Assembly: GCA_963851295.1 (NCBI GenBank)
Contig: CAWKOS010000003.1
Coordinates: 42,284 to 106,283, forward strand
Direction: 5' to 3'
Length of the DNA stretch: 64,000 nt
Source of the DNA: an uncultured Actinomycetes bacterium
GTDB lineage: Bacteria; Actinomycetota; Thermoleophilia; Solirubrobacterales; Solirubrobacteraceae
Part shown: positions 1 to 8,635 of the stretch, piece after piece
How the letters are laid out: each line of letters opens with the position of its first letter
How positions within the stretch are numbered: the stretch's first letter is position 1
Made by a program: the position numbers and the translations under genes
Notes under the pieces: generated by a model
Told to the model about the DNA's origin: nothing
What the model saw: the letters and a program-made list of their open reading frames with translations, nothing else
Databases searched by the model: none

Positions 1-546
1 GTCGCGCGCGCCCTGGCGCGACTCCCCGCCGAGGTCACGGTCTTCACCGCCTCCTCGATGCCGGTGCGCGACGTCGAGGGCTTCTGGCCTGCGCGCGACG
101 CGCCGCCGCGCGTGCTCGCCCATCGCGGCGCCAACGGCATCGACGGCACCCTGGCCGCGGCCTTCGGCGCCGCCGCCGCGGGCGCGCGCGTCGTCGTCCA
201 CCTCGGCGACGTCGCCCTCGCCCACGACCTCGGCGCCCTGCTGTGCGCCTCGCGCCTGGGCCTGGAGCTGACCGTCGTGCTCGTCGACAACGGCGGCGGG
301 GGCATCTTCGACTTCCTCCCCGTGGCCACGCAGACCGACGCCTTCGAGGAGCACGTCGCGACGCCGACCGGGCTGGAGGCCGAGCGCGTCGCGGCCCTGT
401 TCGGCCTGCGCTACGAGCCCGTCGAGGACATCGCGGCCGTCCGCGAGGCGCCCGGCACCCTGCTGCACGTGCGCACCGACCGCGCCGAGAACGTGGCTCT
501 GCATGGTCGCGTGCACGAGGCCGTCGCCGTCCGGCTCGGCCGCTAG
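1..546 (+). CDS. menD: MenD (SEPHCHC synthase), C-terminal part; the 5' end lies outside the window
   Basis: The frame is open from nt 1. The ThDP-enzyme C-terminal region (SSMPVRD..., VVLVDNGGGGIFDFLP) is typical of MenD. Codons are GC3-rich. Confidence 0.75.
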   Translation, partial: VARALARLPAEVTVFTASSMPVRDVEGFWPARDAPPRVLAHRGANGIDGTLAAAFGAAAAGARVVVHLGDVALAHDLGALLCASRLGLELTVVLVDNGGGGIFDFLPVATQTDAFEEHVATPTGLEAERVAALFGLRYEPVEDIAAVREAPGTLLHVRTDRAENVALHGRVHEAVAVRLGR

Positions 547-558
547 CTTCGAGCGACC

Positions 559-810
559 ATGAGCCAGACCACGCTCCTCCCCACCCCGGCCCCAACCGCG
601 CCCGCGCGGCGCAGCTCCAAGGGGATCGGTCCGGGCGACATCGTGGAGGTCGACAAGAAGGGCCGGCGCTTCCATGCGCTCGTCGTCGAGCTCGAGCAGG
701 GCGACTCGGGGCGCTTTCACCTGAGCGTCCGCCCGCTGGACTCGCGCATCTCCTACCGCCAGGCGACGGTCCGCGAGGTCGTCGCCGTGTGGCGGCGCGC
801 CGGGCGCTGA
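559..810 (+). CDS. Hypothetical small protein (83 aa)
   Basis: GC3-rich ORF whose ATG lies 12 nt after the menD stop. No domain recognised. Confidence 0.5.
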   Translation: MSQTTLLPTPAPTAPARRSSKGIGPGDIVEVDKKGRRFHALVVELEQGDSGRFHLSVRPLDSRISYRQATVREVVAVWRRAGR

Positions 811-841
811 GCCCGCGAGGCGAAGGCGCGACAATCCGGCG

Positions 842-1633
842 GTGCGCCACTGCGGCGAGCTGCTCGAGCTGGATGACGTCCGCCGCCGGCTGAGGCCCAC
901 CGGTGAGCATCACGTCGGGATGCGCTCGATCGAGATCGGACGCATCGTCGGGACGCTCGATCGCTGCTGCGACTTCGACCGCTGCTTTCATCCTCTTCGC
1001 GCGGACCTGTCCGCGCGGGTCACCGCGGTGGCGCGCGCCTTCCCGGACGGCGCCTTCCCCCCGATCGACGTGGTTCAGGTCGACCGGGCCTACTTCATCG
1101 TCGATGGGCACAAGCGCGTGGCGGCGGCGCGCCGGTCGGGCGTCGAGGTCATCGATGCCGACGTGACGCGGCTCGACGTGTCCGCGGCGGTGCACGCCGG
1201 CACCGACCCCGCCGCCCTCGCGCTCGCGGGTGCCGAGGACCAGCTCCTGCGCGAGAGCGGGCTGCGGCAGGCACGGCCCGGCGTCCGCGTGCCATGCCTG
1301 TCGCCGGGCAGCTTCGGCGAGCTGCTGGAGGCCATCAAGGCGCACGGCCACGACCTGATGCGCGCACGCGGGCGCGTCCTCCCCGTCGAGGAGGTCGCCG
1401 CCCACTGGTACGACTGCGACTTCCTCGTCGTGCTGGAGGCGGCCGAGCAGGCCGGAGCGCTCGAGCTGCTCGCGTGCTGTCCGACAGGCGAGCTCTACCT
1501 GACGCTGCACCGGCTCGCGTGGAGCGCGGCGGGCGCAGACTGCGAGGCGCTGCAGGCGACCGCCCGTACGGCGGCCGCCGACGTCGAGCCGCCGCCTGCG
1601 CGCAGGTGGCGCCGGCGGCGCGCCGGGCGCTAG
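842..1633 (+). CDS. ParB-like nuclease-domain protein
   Basis: The motif VDRAYFIVDGHKRVAAARRSG resembles the ParB/Srx N-terminal domain. Codons are GC3-rich and the start is GTG. Confidence 0.6.
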   Translation: MRHCGELLELDDVRRRLRPTGEHHVGMRSIEIGRIVGTLDRCCDFDRCFHPLRADLSARVTAVARAFPDGAFPPIDVVQVDRAYFIVDGHKRVAAARRSGVEVIDADVTRLDVSAAVHAGTDPAALALAGAEDQLLRESGLRQARPGVRVPCLSPGSFGELLEAIKAHGHDLMRARGRVLPVEEVAAHWYDCDFLVVLEAAEQAGALELLACCPTGELYLTLHRLAWSAAGADCEALQATARTAAADVEPPPARRWRRRRAGR

Positions 1634-3057
1634 CCCGCCAGCACGGGCAGCAGCGCCTGCAGCTTGACCTCGGTCTCGGCCAGCTCGGCCGCCGGGTCGG
1701 AGTCGCGCACCACGCCGACCCCGGCGTAGCAACGCGCGATCGGACCGGTGAGCAGCGCACAGCGCAGGGCGACGCAGAACTCGCCGTCCTCGTTGGCGTC
1801 CGTCCACCCCACCGGCCCGGCGTACCAGCCGCGGTCGAGGCCCTCGAGCGCGGGGATGAGCGGCGCGGCGGCGGCGAAGGGCTCGCCGCCGACGGCGGGC
1901 GTCGGGTGCAGGAGGCCCGCGAGCTCGATGGCGCTGACCGGTCGCGCGAGCTGGGCGCGGATCGGGGTGGCGAGGTGCTGGATGTTGGCCATGCGCACGA
2001 TGACCGGCTCGTCGGCGGCCGTCACCCACAGGCTGACCGGGCGCAGCGCGCGCACGATGCGCCGGGTGACGATCGCCTGCTCCTCGCGCTCCTTGTCGGA
2101 GCGCAGGAGCTGCTCGCCGAGGTGGTTGTCGACGGCCGGGTCGGCGCTGCGGCGCGTCGAGCCCGCGAGGGCGAGCGTGCCCGCGCGCACGCCCTCGCGG
2201 CGCACGAGCAGCTCGGGGCTGGCCGCGACGAAGGCGCTCTCGCCGCGCCCCGCGCAAAAGCTGAAGCACGAGGGGAAGGCCTCGCGCAGGACGCCGAGGA
2301 CGGCGGCCGTGTCGTGCGCGCGCGGCGCGTGGACCTGGACCTCGCGCGCGAGGACGATCTTGTCGAGCGCCCCGGCGCGGATGCGCTCGACCGCGCGCGC
2401 GACCGCCGACTCGTAGTGCTCGGGTGGCATCGCGCTGACCACGCCGTAGCGCCCGGTCGGGTCGGGATCCAGCAGCGGCAGCGGCGCGCTGCGCAGCTGC
2501 GCCGCCCGCGCCTCGAGGCGGTCGACGAGCGCGTCGGGGTCGTCGTCGGGCGCGGCGACCGCCGCCAGCGTGAGCGTGACGTGGTCGCCGCGACGCGCGA
2601 GCGCGGCCTCCGGCACGTGCAGGGACGCGGGCGCGAAGCCCGCCCAGTGGGGCGCGCCGCCGCCGTCCGGCGCGAAGGCGAAGCCCCCGACCGCCACGGG
2701 GCCGCTCTCCTCGCCGGGCGCGTCGGCCACGAGCGCGCGCCAGCGCTCGGCCACGCGGCCGAAGCGCCCCTCGCCGCGCTCGTCGAGCGCGGCCGCGCGG
2801 CCCAGCGCCGCCAGCGCGAAGCGGTCGCGGTCGGGGTGCTCGAAGCAGAACCAGTCCTCCCCCGCGCGTCGCGACGCGGCCGCCACCGCCGTGGGATCGG
2901 TCCCCGGCGCCAGGTCGACGGTGATCGCCACCAGGCACTGGCCGGCCCCCACGCGGCGCGCGCGGCGGACGCCCTCGGTGGCGCGGGCCCGCAGGCGCTC
3001 GCGATCCTCGGCGCGCAGCGGCGGGCGGCCGGCGGCGAGGAGCGGCGCTGGGGGCAT
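1630..3057 (-). CDS. menF: Isochorismate synthase (chorismate-binding enzyme)
   Basis: Carries the motifs LAGSTRRS, LHPTPAVGG, GWYAGPVGW and AGVGVV of the MenF/EntC family. Confidence 0.85.
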   Translation of the reverse strand: MPPAPLLAAGRPPLRAEDRERLRARATEGVRRARRVGAGQCLVAITVDLAPGTDPTAVAAASRRAGEDWFCFEHPDRDRFALAALGRAAALDERGEGRFGRVAERWRALVADAPGEESGPVAVGGFAFAPDGGGAPHWAGFAPASLHVPEAALARRGDHVTLTLAAVAAPDDDPDALVDRLEARAAQLRSAPLPLLDPDPTGRYGVVSAMPPEHYESAVARAVERIRAGALDKIVLAREVQVHAPRAHDTAAVLGVLREAFPSCFSFCAGRGESAFVAASPELLVRREGVRAGTLALAGSTRRSADPAVDNHLGEQLLRSDKEREEQAIVTRRIVRALRPVSLWVTAADEPVIVRMANIQHLATPIRAQLARPVSAIELAGLLHPTPAVGGEPFAAAAPLIPALEGLDRGWYAGPVGWTDANEDGEFCVALRCALLTGPIARCYAGVGVVRDSDPAAELAETEVKLQALLPVLAG

Positions 3058-3116
3058 GCGGGCAGTCTAAGGCGGCCGGTCCGGGCACCGTCCGGCGCTA
3101 CGATGGACGGAGAGAC

Positions 3117-3578
3117 ATGGTCTTCTTGGGCATCGTGCTGCTGGGTATCGGCGTAGGTCTCCTGATCGCCGAAGCCCACGTGCCCAGCTTCGGCGGCCTC
3201 GGGCTCGCGGGCGTCGTGGCGATGGCGGCGGGCGCCGCCGTTGCGGTCGACGGGGCCGGCGGCGGGACCGCGCTGGTGGTCGCCGTGGTGGCGATCGTGG
3301 CCCTCTCTGCCCTGGCCCTGCTGGCGCTCATCGGGCGCGCGTCGGTCGGCGTGCTGCGGATGCGCTCGACGACGGGCGCCGAGGGCCTGGTCGGCCACGT
3401 CGGCGTCGTGCGCCGCGCCCCGACCCCGTTGGGCCAGGTCTTCGTCGACGGCGCCCTCTGGCGCGCGCGCCCGTGCCTCGAGGACGACCTCGAGGTCGGC
3501 GAGTCCGTGGTCGTCGAGCGCGTCAACGGGCTCGTGCTCTCCGTCCGGCGCGCCGAGGAGTGGGAGGTCGATCCATGA
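3117..3578 (+). CDS. NfeD-family membrane protein
   Basis: Hydrophobic N-terminal half plus a C-terminal OB-like tail. Its stop overlaps the start of the following SPFH gene (ATGA), which is the classical NfeD-SPFH pairing. Confidence 0.75.
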   Translation: MVFLGIVLLGIGVGLLIAEAHVPSFGGLGLAGVVAMAAGAAVAVDGAGGGTALVVAVVAIVALSALALLALIGRASVGVLRMRSTTGAEGLVGHVGVVRRAPTPLGQVFVDGALWRARPCLEDDLEVGESVVVERVNGLVLSVRRAEEWEVDP

Positions 3579-4495
3579 CCGCGATCGTCGTAGCCCTCCT
3601 CATCCTGGTCGCGCTCGCCGCCGCGGTGGCCGGTGCCTCGGTCCGGGTCCTGCGCGAGTACGAGCGCGCGGTCGTCTTCCGCCTCGGGCGCCTCGTCGGC
3701 AAGAAGGGCCCCGGGATCGTGCTGCTCATCCCGCTCGTCGACCGCATGGTCCGCGTCGACCTGCGCACGGTGACCTTCGAGGTCCCGCCGCAGGACGTGA
3801 TCACCCGCGACAACGTGCCGGCGAAGGTCAACGCCGTGGCGTACTTCCGCGTCATCGACCCGGTCAGGTCGGTCGTCGAGGTCGAGCGGATCCGCAACGC
3901 CACGTCGCAGATCGCGCAGACCACGCTGCGCTCGGTGCTGGGCCGGGCCGACCTCGACACGTTGCTGGCCGAGCGCGAGCAGCTCAACGAGAGCCTGCAG
4001 CAGATCATCGACGAGCAGACCGAGCCGTGGGGCGTCAAGGTGGTCACGGTCGAGATCAAGGACGTCGGCATCCCCCAGGGCATGCAGCGCGCCATGGCCC
4101 GCCAGGCCGAGGCCGAGCGCGAGCGGCGCGCCAAGGTCATCAACGCCGAGGGCGAGTTCCAGGCCTCCGAGCGGCTCTTCGACGCCGCCGAGGTCATGAG
4201 CGGCAACCCCGCCGCCCTGCAGCTGCGCTACCTGCAGACGCTGCTCGAGATCGGCACCAACCAGAACTCGACGATCGTGCTGCCCGTGCCCATCGACCTC
4301 ATCAAGCCGCTGATGCAGAGCGTCGAGAACGGCAACGAGCAGCGCGAGCGCGCACGCGAGCGCGAGCGGCTGCGCGCGGCCGACGAGGCCGCCGGCCGGC
4401 TCGAGCGTGGCGGCGGCCCCGGGCGCGACCTGCCGCCCGGCCCCGACGAGGCCGACGAGGGCGACCAGGGCGCCGGCGAGCCCGACGAGGGCTAG
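3575..4495 (+). CDS. SPFH/Band 7 (stomatin-like) protein
   Basis: N-terminal TM segment followed by [16 protein letters not shown]...[17 protein letters not shown]...IKDVGIP, a typical stomatin/slipin pattern. The internal ATG at 3575 was chosen over the ORF-track start. Confidence 0.9.
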   Translation: MTAIVVALLILVALAAAVAGASVRVLREYERAVVFRLGRLVGKKGPGIVLLIPLVDRMVRVDLRTVTFEVPPQDVITRDNVPAKVNAVAYFRVIDPVRSVVEVERIRNATSQIAQTTLRSVLGRADLDTLLAEREQLNESLQQIIDEQTEPWGVKVVTVEIKDVGIPQGMQRAMARQAEAERERRAKVINAEGEFQASERLFDAAEVMSGNPAALQLRYLQTLLEIGTNQNSTIVLPVPIDLIKPLMQSVENGNEQRERARERERLRAADEAAGRLERGGGPGRDLPPGPDEADEGDQGAGEPDEG

Positions 4496-4511
4496 CGGCG
4501 CCCCCATCGGT

Positions 4512-4557
4512 CGAACGTCGGTTCTCCCATGCCAGGACGGGGCAAAACCGACGTTCG
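4512..4557. terminator. 12-bp-stem hairpin between convergent genes (candidate bidirectional terminator)
   Basis: cgaacgtcggtt (4512-4523) is the exact reverse complement of aaccgacgttcg (4546-4557). It lies between the SPFH stop (4495) and the ilvN stop (4560). There is no clear U-tract. Confidence 0.5.
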
Positions 4558-4559
4558 GC

Positions 4560-5120
4560 TCAGGTCTCGCCCCTACCGCGGGAGATCGCTATCTCTCCCG
4601 TGCGCATCATCTCGATGAGCCCGAACGGGCGCACCATGCGCTCGAAGGCCTCGATCTTGTCGGTCGTCCCCGTGACCTCGACGATCACCGAGCGCTTGGT
4701 CACGTCGACCACGCGGCCGCGGAAGATGTCGCAGACCTGCATGACCTCGCCGCGCTGCGAGCCGTCGGCGGCGATCTTGAAGAGCGCGAGCTCGCGGGCG
4801 ACGGTGCCGCCCGGCTCGAGGTCGCGGATCTTCAGCACGTTGACGAGCTTGTGCAGCTGCTTGGTGACCTGATCGATCGGGTGCAGCGCGCCGTCGACGG
4901 TGAGCGTGATGCGCGAGAGGTGCTCGTCGTCGGTCGGCCCGACGGTGAGGGTGTCGATGTTGAAGCCGCGGCGCGCGAAGAGCCCGGCGATGCGGGTCAG
5001 GACACCCGGCTTGTTCTCGACGAGGATGGTGAGGACGTGCTTGCGCCCGGTGCGCATGCCGCCGGCGGCCTCGAGCTCCTCGAGGCTGAGGACCTCGTGC
5101 TTGGTCCCTGGCTCGCCCAT
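4560..5120 (-). CDS. ilvN: Acetolactate synthase small (regulatory) subunit
   Basis: ACT-domain motif HVLTILVENKPGVLTRIAGLFARRGFNI. It starts 4 nt after the ilvB stop. Confidence 0.9.
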   Translation of the reverse strand: MGEPGTKHEVLSLEELEAAGGMRTGRKHVLTILVENKPGVLTRIAGLFARRGFNIDTLTVGPTDDEHLSRITLTVDGALHPIDQVTKQLHKLVNVLKIRDLEPGGTVARELALFKIAADGSQRGEVMQVCDIFRGRVVDVTKRSVIVEVTGTTDKIEAFERMVRPFGLIEMMRTGEIAISRGRGET

Positions 5121-5124
5121 CGCC

Positions 5125-6801
5125 CTAGCCCTCCATGTCCCGCGCGGCGGCGCCGGGCGAGATCATCGGGTAGACGTTCTCCTCCTCGGTCACGACGACG
5201 TCCATGACGACCGGGCCCGGGGTCTCGAGCGCCTCGCGCATCTGGTCGACGAGGGTCGTCTTGTCGGTGGCGCGCATGCCTGTGCAGCCCATGCCCTCGG
5301 TGACCTTCACGAAGTCCGGCCACTGGCCGCGAGCGACCTGCGAGTAGCGGCGGTCCCAGAACAGCTCCTGCCACTGGCGGACCATGCCCAGGTAGCCGTT
5401 GTTCATGATGAAGACCTTGACGCCGATCTCCTCCTCGGCGCAGGTCGCCAGCTCCTGGATGTTCATCTGGAAGGAGCCGTCGCCGGAGATGCAGGCCACG
5501 ACCTGATCGGGGCAGCCGACCTTGGCGCCCATGGCGGCGGGCAGGCCGAAGCCCATCGTCCCCAGGCCGCCCGAGTTGATCCACTGGCGCGCCCGCTTGA
5601 ACGGGAAGTACTGCGCCGCCCACATCTGGTGCTGGCCGATGTCGCTGGTGAGGATGCAGTCGCCGCCCGTGGCCTCGAGCAGCGCCTCGATCATGAACTG
5701 CGGCTTGATCTCCGACGTGGTCGAGTCCTCGTAGCGCAGCGGATGGCGCTCCTGCCAGCCGTGGATGCGCTGCCACCACTCGTCCAGGCGCGAGCTCTCG
5801 GCCTCCAGGGCGCGGTACTCGGCCGCGAGCTTGGCGAGGATGTTCTTCGCGTCGCCCACGATCGGGATGTGCGCCGGCACGTTCTTGGAGATCTCGGCAG
5901 GGTCGATGTCGATGTGGATGAACTTCGCGCGCGGGGCGAACTCACTGAGCTTGCCGGTCACGCGGTCGTCGAAGCGCGCGCCGATGGCGCAGATGAGGTC
6001 CGCCTCGTCCATCGCGTAGTTGGCGGTGCGGGTGCCGTGCATCCCCGGCATCCCCAGCCACTGGGGGTGCGGCGCCGGGAAGGCGCCGAGCCCCATCAGG
6101 GTGCAGGTGATCGGGAAGTTGTCCGCCGTGGCCAGGTCGACGAGCTCGGCCCCCGCGTTGGCGTTGACCACCCCGCCGCCGGCGTAGAGCACCGGCCGCC
6201 GCGAGGCCGCCAGCGCCTTGGCCGCCTGGCGGATCTGCTTGGTGTTGCCCTCGGTCGTGGGCTGGTAGCCCGGGAGGCGGATCTCGGTGACCGGCTCGTA
6301 GGGGATGTCGGCGCGCGACAGGTCGGTCGGGATGTCGACGACGACCGGTCCCGGCCGCCCGGAGCGCGCGAGGTAGAAGGCCTCGTGCAGCGCGCGCGGG
6401 ATCTCCAGCGGGTGCTGGATCATGAACGAGTGCTTGACGGCCGGCATGGTGATGCCGAGCACGTCGGCCTCCTGGAAGCCGTCGGTCCCCAGCAGGTCGG
6501 TGCGCACCTGGCCGGTGATGAAGACGGTGGGCACCGAGTCCATCATCGCGTCCTGGATCGGCGTGACGACGTTGGTCGCGCCCGGGCCGCTCGTGGCCAG
6601 GCAGACGCCGACCTTGCCGGTCGCCTTCGCGTAGCCCTCGGCCGCGTGGCCGCCGCCGGCCTCGTGACGCACGAGCACGTGGCGGATGCCCCCGTCGTGC
6701 AGCGCGTCGTAGGTGGGGATGTTGGCGCCGCCGGGCAGGCCGAATACGACGTCGACGCCCTCCGCCTTCAGGCACTCCATCACGGCATCGACAGCCCGCA
6801 T
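5125..6801 (-). CDS. ilvB: Acetolactate synthase large subunit
   Basis: Full-length ThDP/FAD enzyme (GLPGGANIP, ATSGPGATN, GGLGTMGFGLPAAMGAK, ISGDGSFQMN). Confidence 0.95.
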   Translation of the reverse strand: MRAVDAVMECLKAEGVDVVFGLPGGANIPTYDALHDGGIRHVLVRHEAGGGHAAEGYAKATGKVGVCLATSGPGATNVVTPIQDAMMDSVPTVFITGQVRTDLLGTDGFQEADVLGITMPAVKHSFMIQHPLEIPRALHEAFYLARSGRPGPVVVDIPTDLSRADIPYEPVTEIRLPGYQPTTEGNTKQIRQAAKALAASRRPVLYAGGGVVNANAGAELVDLATADNFPITCTLMGLGAFPAPHPQWLGMPGMHGTRTANYAMDEADLICAIGARFDDRVTGKLSEFAPRAKFIHIDIDPAEISKNVPAHIPIVGDAKNILAKLAAEYRALEAESSRLDEWWQRIHGWQERHPLRYEDSTTSEIKPQFMIEALLEATGGDCILTSDIGQHQMWAAQYFPFKRARQWINSGGLGTMGFGLPAAMGAKVGCPDQVVACISGDGSFQMNIQELATCAEEEIGVKVFIMNNGYLGMVRQWQELFWDRRYSQVARGQWPDFVKVTEGMGCTGMRATDKTTLVDQMREALETPGPVVMDVVVTEEENVYPMISPGAAARDMEG

Positions 6802-6874
6802 GCGCGTTCACCCCTCTCGGTGCGTAGATGTGCATCGAGCCGCCCACGGCGGCTCGCGGGGTCCGAGTGTACCG

Positions 6875-7156
6875 TCAGTGCGCGACCGGCTCAGCCGGGG
6901 CAACGGGCGTCCCGGGGTACTCCAGCTCGGTCCCGCAGCGGGTGCACAGCGCGTCGTGGAGGGGCACGATCTTGCGGCAGGTGGGGCAGCGGCGATGGGG
7001 CTCCTCGTACTCGTTGCGGTAGAGCACGGCGGCGAGCAGCCCGATGAACGGCGGGATCGCCGAGATCAGGAACCACAGGAAGAACGAGCTGCCCTTGATC
7101 TTGCCGATGACCCCGCCGGCAAGACCGAAGAAGAAGGCGATGACGACGAACGCCAT
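6875..7156 (-). CDS. Small membrane protein with a C-terminal zinc ribbon (CPTC...CTRC)
   Basis: Two hydrophobic segments followed by CxxC-N12-CxxC. Coding-like codon usage. Confidence 0.55.
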   Translation of the reverse strand: MAFVVIAFFFGLAGGVIGKIKGSSFFLWFLISAIPPFIGLLAAVLYRNEYEEPHRRCPTCRKIVPLHDALCTRCGTELEYPGTPVAPAEPVAH

Positions 7157-7168
7157 GCGGCGCGCTTC

Positions 7169-7348
7169 CTAGAACAGCGTCCGCACCGCCCAGATGACGG
7201 CGATGACGGCGACGACGACGACCAGGAACCAGGCGACGCCGGCGACGATCCCGATGATCACCTTGAACAGGATCCACGCCGCGAAGGCGAGGACGATGGC
7301 GGCGAGGATCCTCGCGCCGAATGAAGGGCCGGTCTTCTCGTTCTCCAT
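7169..7348 (-). CDS. Small hydrophobic protein (59 aa, below the ORF-track cutoff)
   Basis: Hand translation gives MENEKTGPSFGARILAAIVLAFAAWILFKVIIGIVAGVAWFLVVVVAVIAVIWAVRTLF. It runs from ATG at 7348 to TAG at 7169 and has two predicted TM helices. Confidence 0.4.
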   Translation of the reverse strand: MENEKTGPSFGARILAAIVLAFAAWILFKVIIGIVAGVAWFLVVVVAVIAVIWAVRTLF

Positions 7349-7390
7349 GCCCCTAAGGGTACTCCCGGCGCGGGCCGTGCCCCGCGCCTC

Positions 7391-7579
7391 TCAGTCGTAC
7401 GTGCGGCGCAGGTGCTCGAAGCGGCTGCGCCCGGCGCTGCGGCCGTTGAGCTGCAGGCGCGCGAGCCGGTAGCGGCGGATCTTCGGGGCGTTCGGATCGC
7501 GCTTGGCGACGGTGTCGCGGCGCTCGACGAGCAGGACGCGTGCGGCGGAGACGGCGGAGGTGGCGCTCATGGCATCCAT
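7391..7579 (-). CDS. Hypothetical basic small protein (62 aa)
   Basis: Strong GC3 bias with GGAG upstream of the ATG. A GC hairpin follows the stop (about 7366-7387). No family recognised. Confidence 0.5.
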   Translation of the reverse strand: MDAMSATSAVSAARVLLVERRDTVAKRDPNAPKIRRYRLARLQLNGRSAGRSRFEHLRRTYD

Positions 7580-7631
7580 AGTGGCTCCAGGAGGCGGTGA
7601 GGCCCACCGCCACGGGGTCGGAAATCGCTGC

Positions 7632-8306
7632 TCAGGGCATGGCCCGCGTGTCCAGGGCCCTCGCGGCCGCCGCGCCGGCGTCGAGCGCGGGGCGCAGGGC
7701 CGGGGTCAGCCGCCGGCGCACGCGCCAGCGCGCGCCGCTGAAGGCCAGGTTGGCGACGGTCGCGAAGCCCGACTCGTCGGCGCGCAGCGCGAGCAGCAGG
7801 TGGGCGATGCGGTCACCCGAGGGCAGCGTCGGGTCGTTGACCCCGACGCAGTAGCAGACGACCCGCCGGCCGCCCCGCTGCACGAGCAGCGCCCCGGCCG
7901 GGCCGACGAGCCAGACGCCCATCCGCCCGCGCTCGAGGACGAGGCCGGTGGCGGCGTGCAGCTCGCGCGCCTCGTGGCCGACGAGGTCGCCGAGCAGGCC
8001 GACCGATCTCTTCTCGGCGTCGTCCGGCGCGCGGCGGGCCTTCGGGCGCACGACGTTGGCCCCGCGCTGGGCGTAGAGCTCGGGGATCACCCACGCGTGG
8101 GCGAAGCTCGCCAGGCTCACGGGCAGCGCGAGCGGCTGGACGAGGAAGAGCACGATGCCCGCCGCGATGAAGGGCACGACGTGCGCGACCGTGACCGCGG
8201 TCCACATCAGGTTGGTGCGCTCCAGGCGGCGCGCGTCGACGCGCGGGCGCCAGTGGACCGTCGCCAGCTCCGGGAGCGGCTCGGCGGGGAGCGGCTCGGC
8301 GGACAC
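7632..8306 (-). CDS. Hypothetical membrane protein
   Basis: Contains the TM segments MWTAVTVAHVVPFIAAGIVLFLVQPLALPVSLASFAHAWVI. The start is set at GTG 8306, just after the upstream gene's stop, and is uncertain. Confidence 0.5.
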   Translation of the reverse strand: MSAEPLPAEPLPELATVHWRPRVDARRLERTNLMWTAVTVAHVVPFIAAGIVLFLVQPLALPVSLASFAHAWVIPELYAQRGANVVRPKARRAPDDAEKRSVGLLGDLVGHEARELHAATGLVLERGRMGVWLVGPAGALLVQRGGRRVVCYCVGVNDPTLPSGDRIAHLLLALRADESGFATVANLAFSGARWRVRRRLTPALRPALDAGAAAARALDTRAMP

Positions 8307-8320
8307 GTCGGCGACCCGGG

Positions 8321-8569
8321 CTAGCCGCCCGAGATCGGCAGGCGCATGATCACGAGCTCGGCCCCGACGGGCAGGTCGCGGACCTGCTCGGCCTTGCCCT
8401 CGCCGGTCGAGACCATGCCGAAGTAGCCGCGGTCGAGCTCCTCGCGGAAGGCCAGGACGGCGGCCTCGACGGCCTCGGGATCGTCGGCGGTCCATTCCGC
8501 CAGCGTGGTGTGGCCGGTTTGGTCCATGCGGATCAGACGTGACATGCGCACCTCCTCGGGCTCGGTCAT
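8321..8569 (-). CDS. Small protein ending in Gly-Gly; possible MoaD/ThiS-like beta-grasp carrier
   Basis: An 82-aa ORF. Its C-terminus GAELVIMRLPISGG resembles the MoaD/ThiS tail (...DEVAFFPPVTGG). Codons are GC3-rich. Confidence 0.5.
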   Translation of the reverse strand: MTEPEEVRMSRLIRMDQTGHTTLAEWTADDPEAVEAAVLAFREELDRGYFGMVSTGEGKAEQVRDLPVGAELVIMRLPISGG

Positions 8570-8635
8570 CCCATGGTACGCCCGGTCCGCAAGCCCCCCG
8601 TGAGGAATCTCGCGACCGGTCGGCGCCGGGCTGCC

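Noticed and set aside
44-3088. A 1014-aa minus-strand ORF, and many similar Arg/Pro/Ala/Gly-rich ORFs throughout the track
   Set aside because: These are typical stop-free shadow frames of GC-rich DNA. Their composition is RPGA-only with no motifs, and they overlap well-supported genes (menF and others) in other frames.
4511-4526. TCGAAC-N4-GTTC, similar to the actinobacterial LexA SOS box
   Set aside because: The second half-site is imperfect (GTTCTC). The sequence is one arm of a terminator-like hairpin between two convergent gene ends, not in a promoter.
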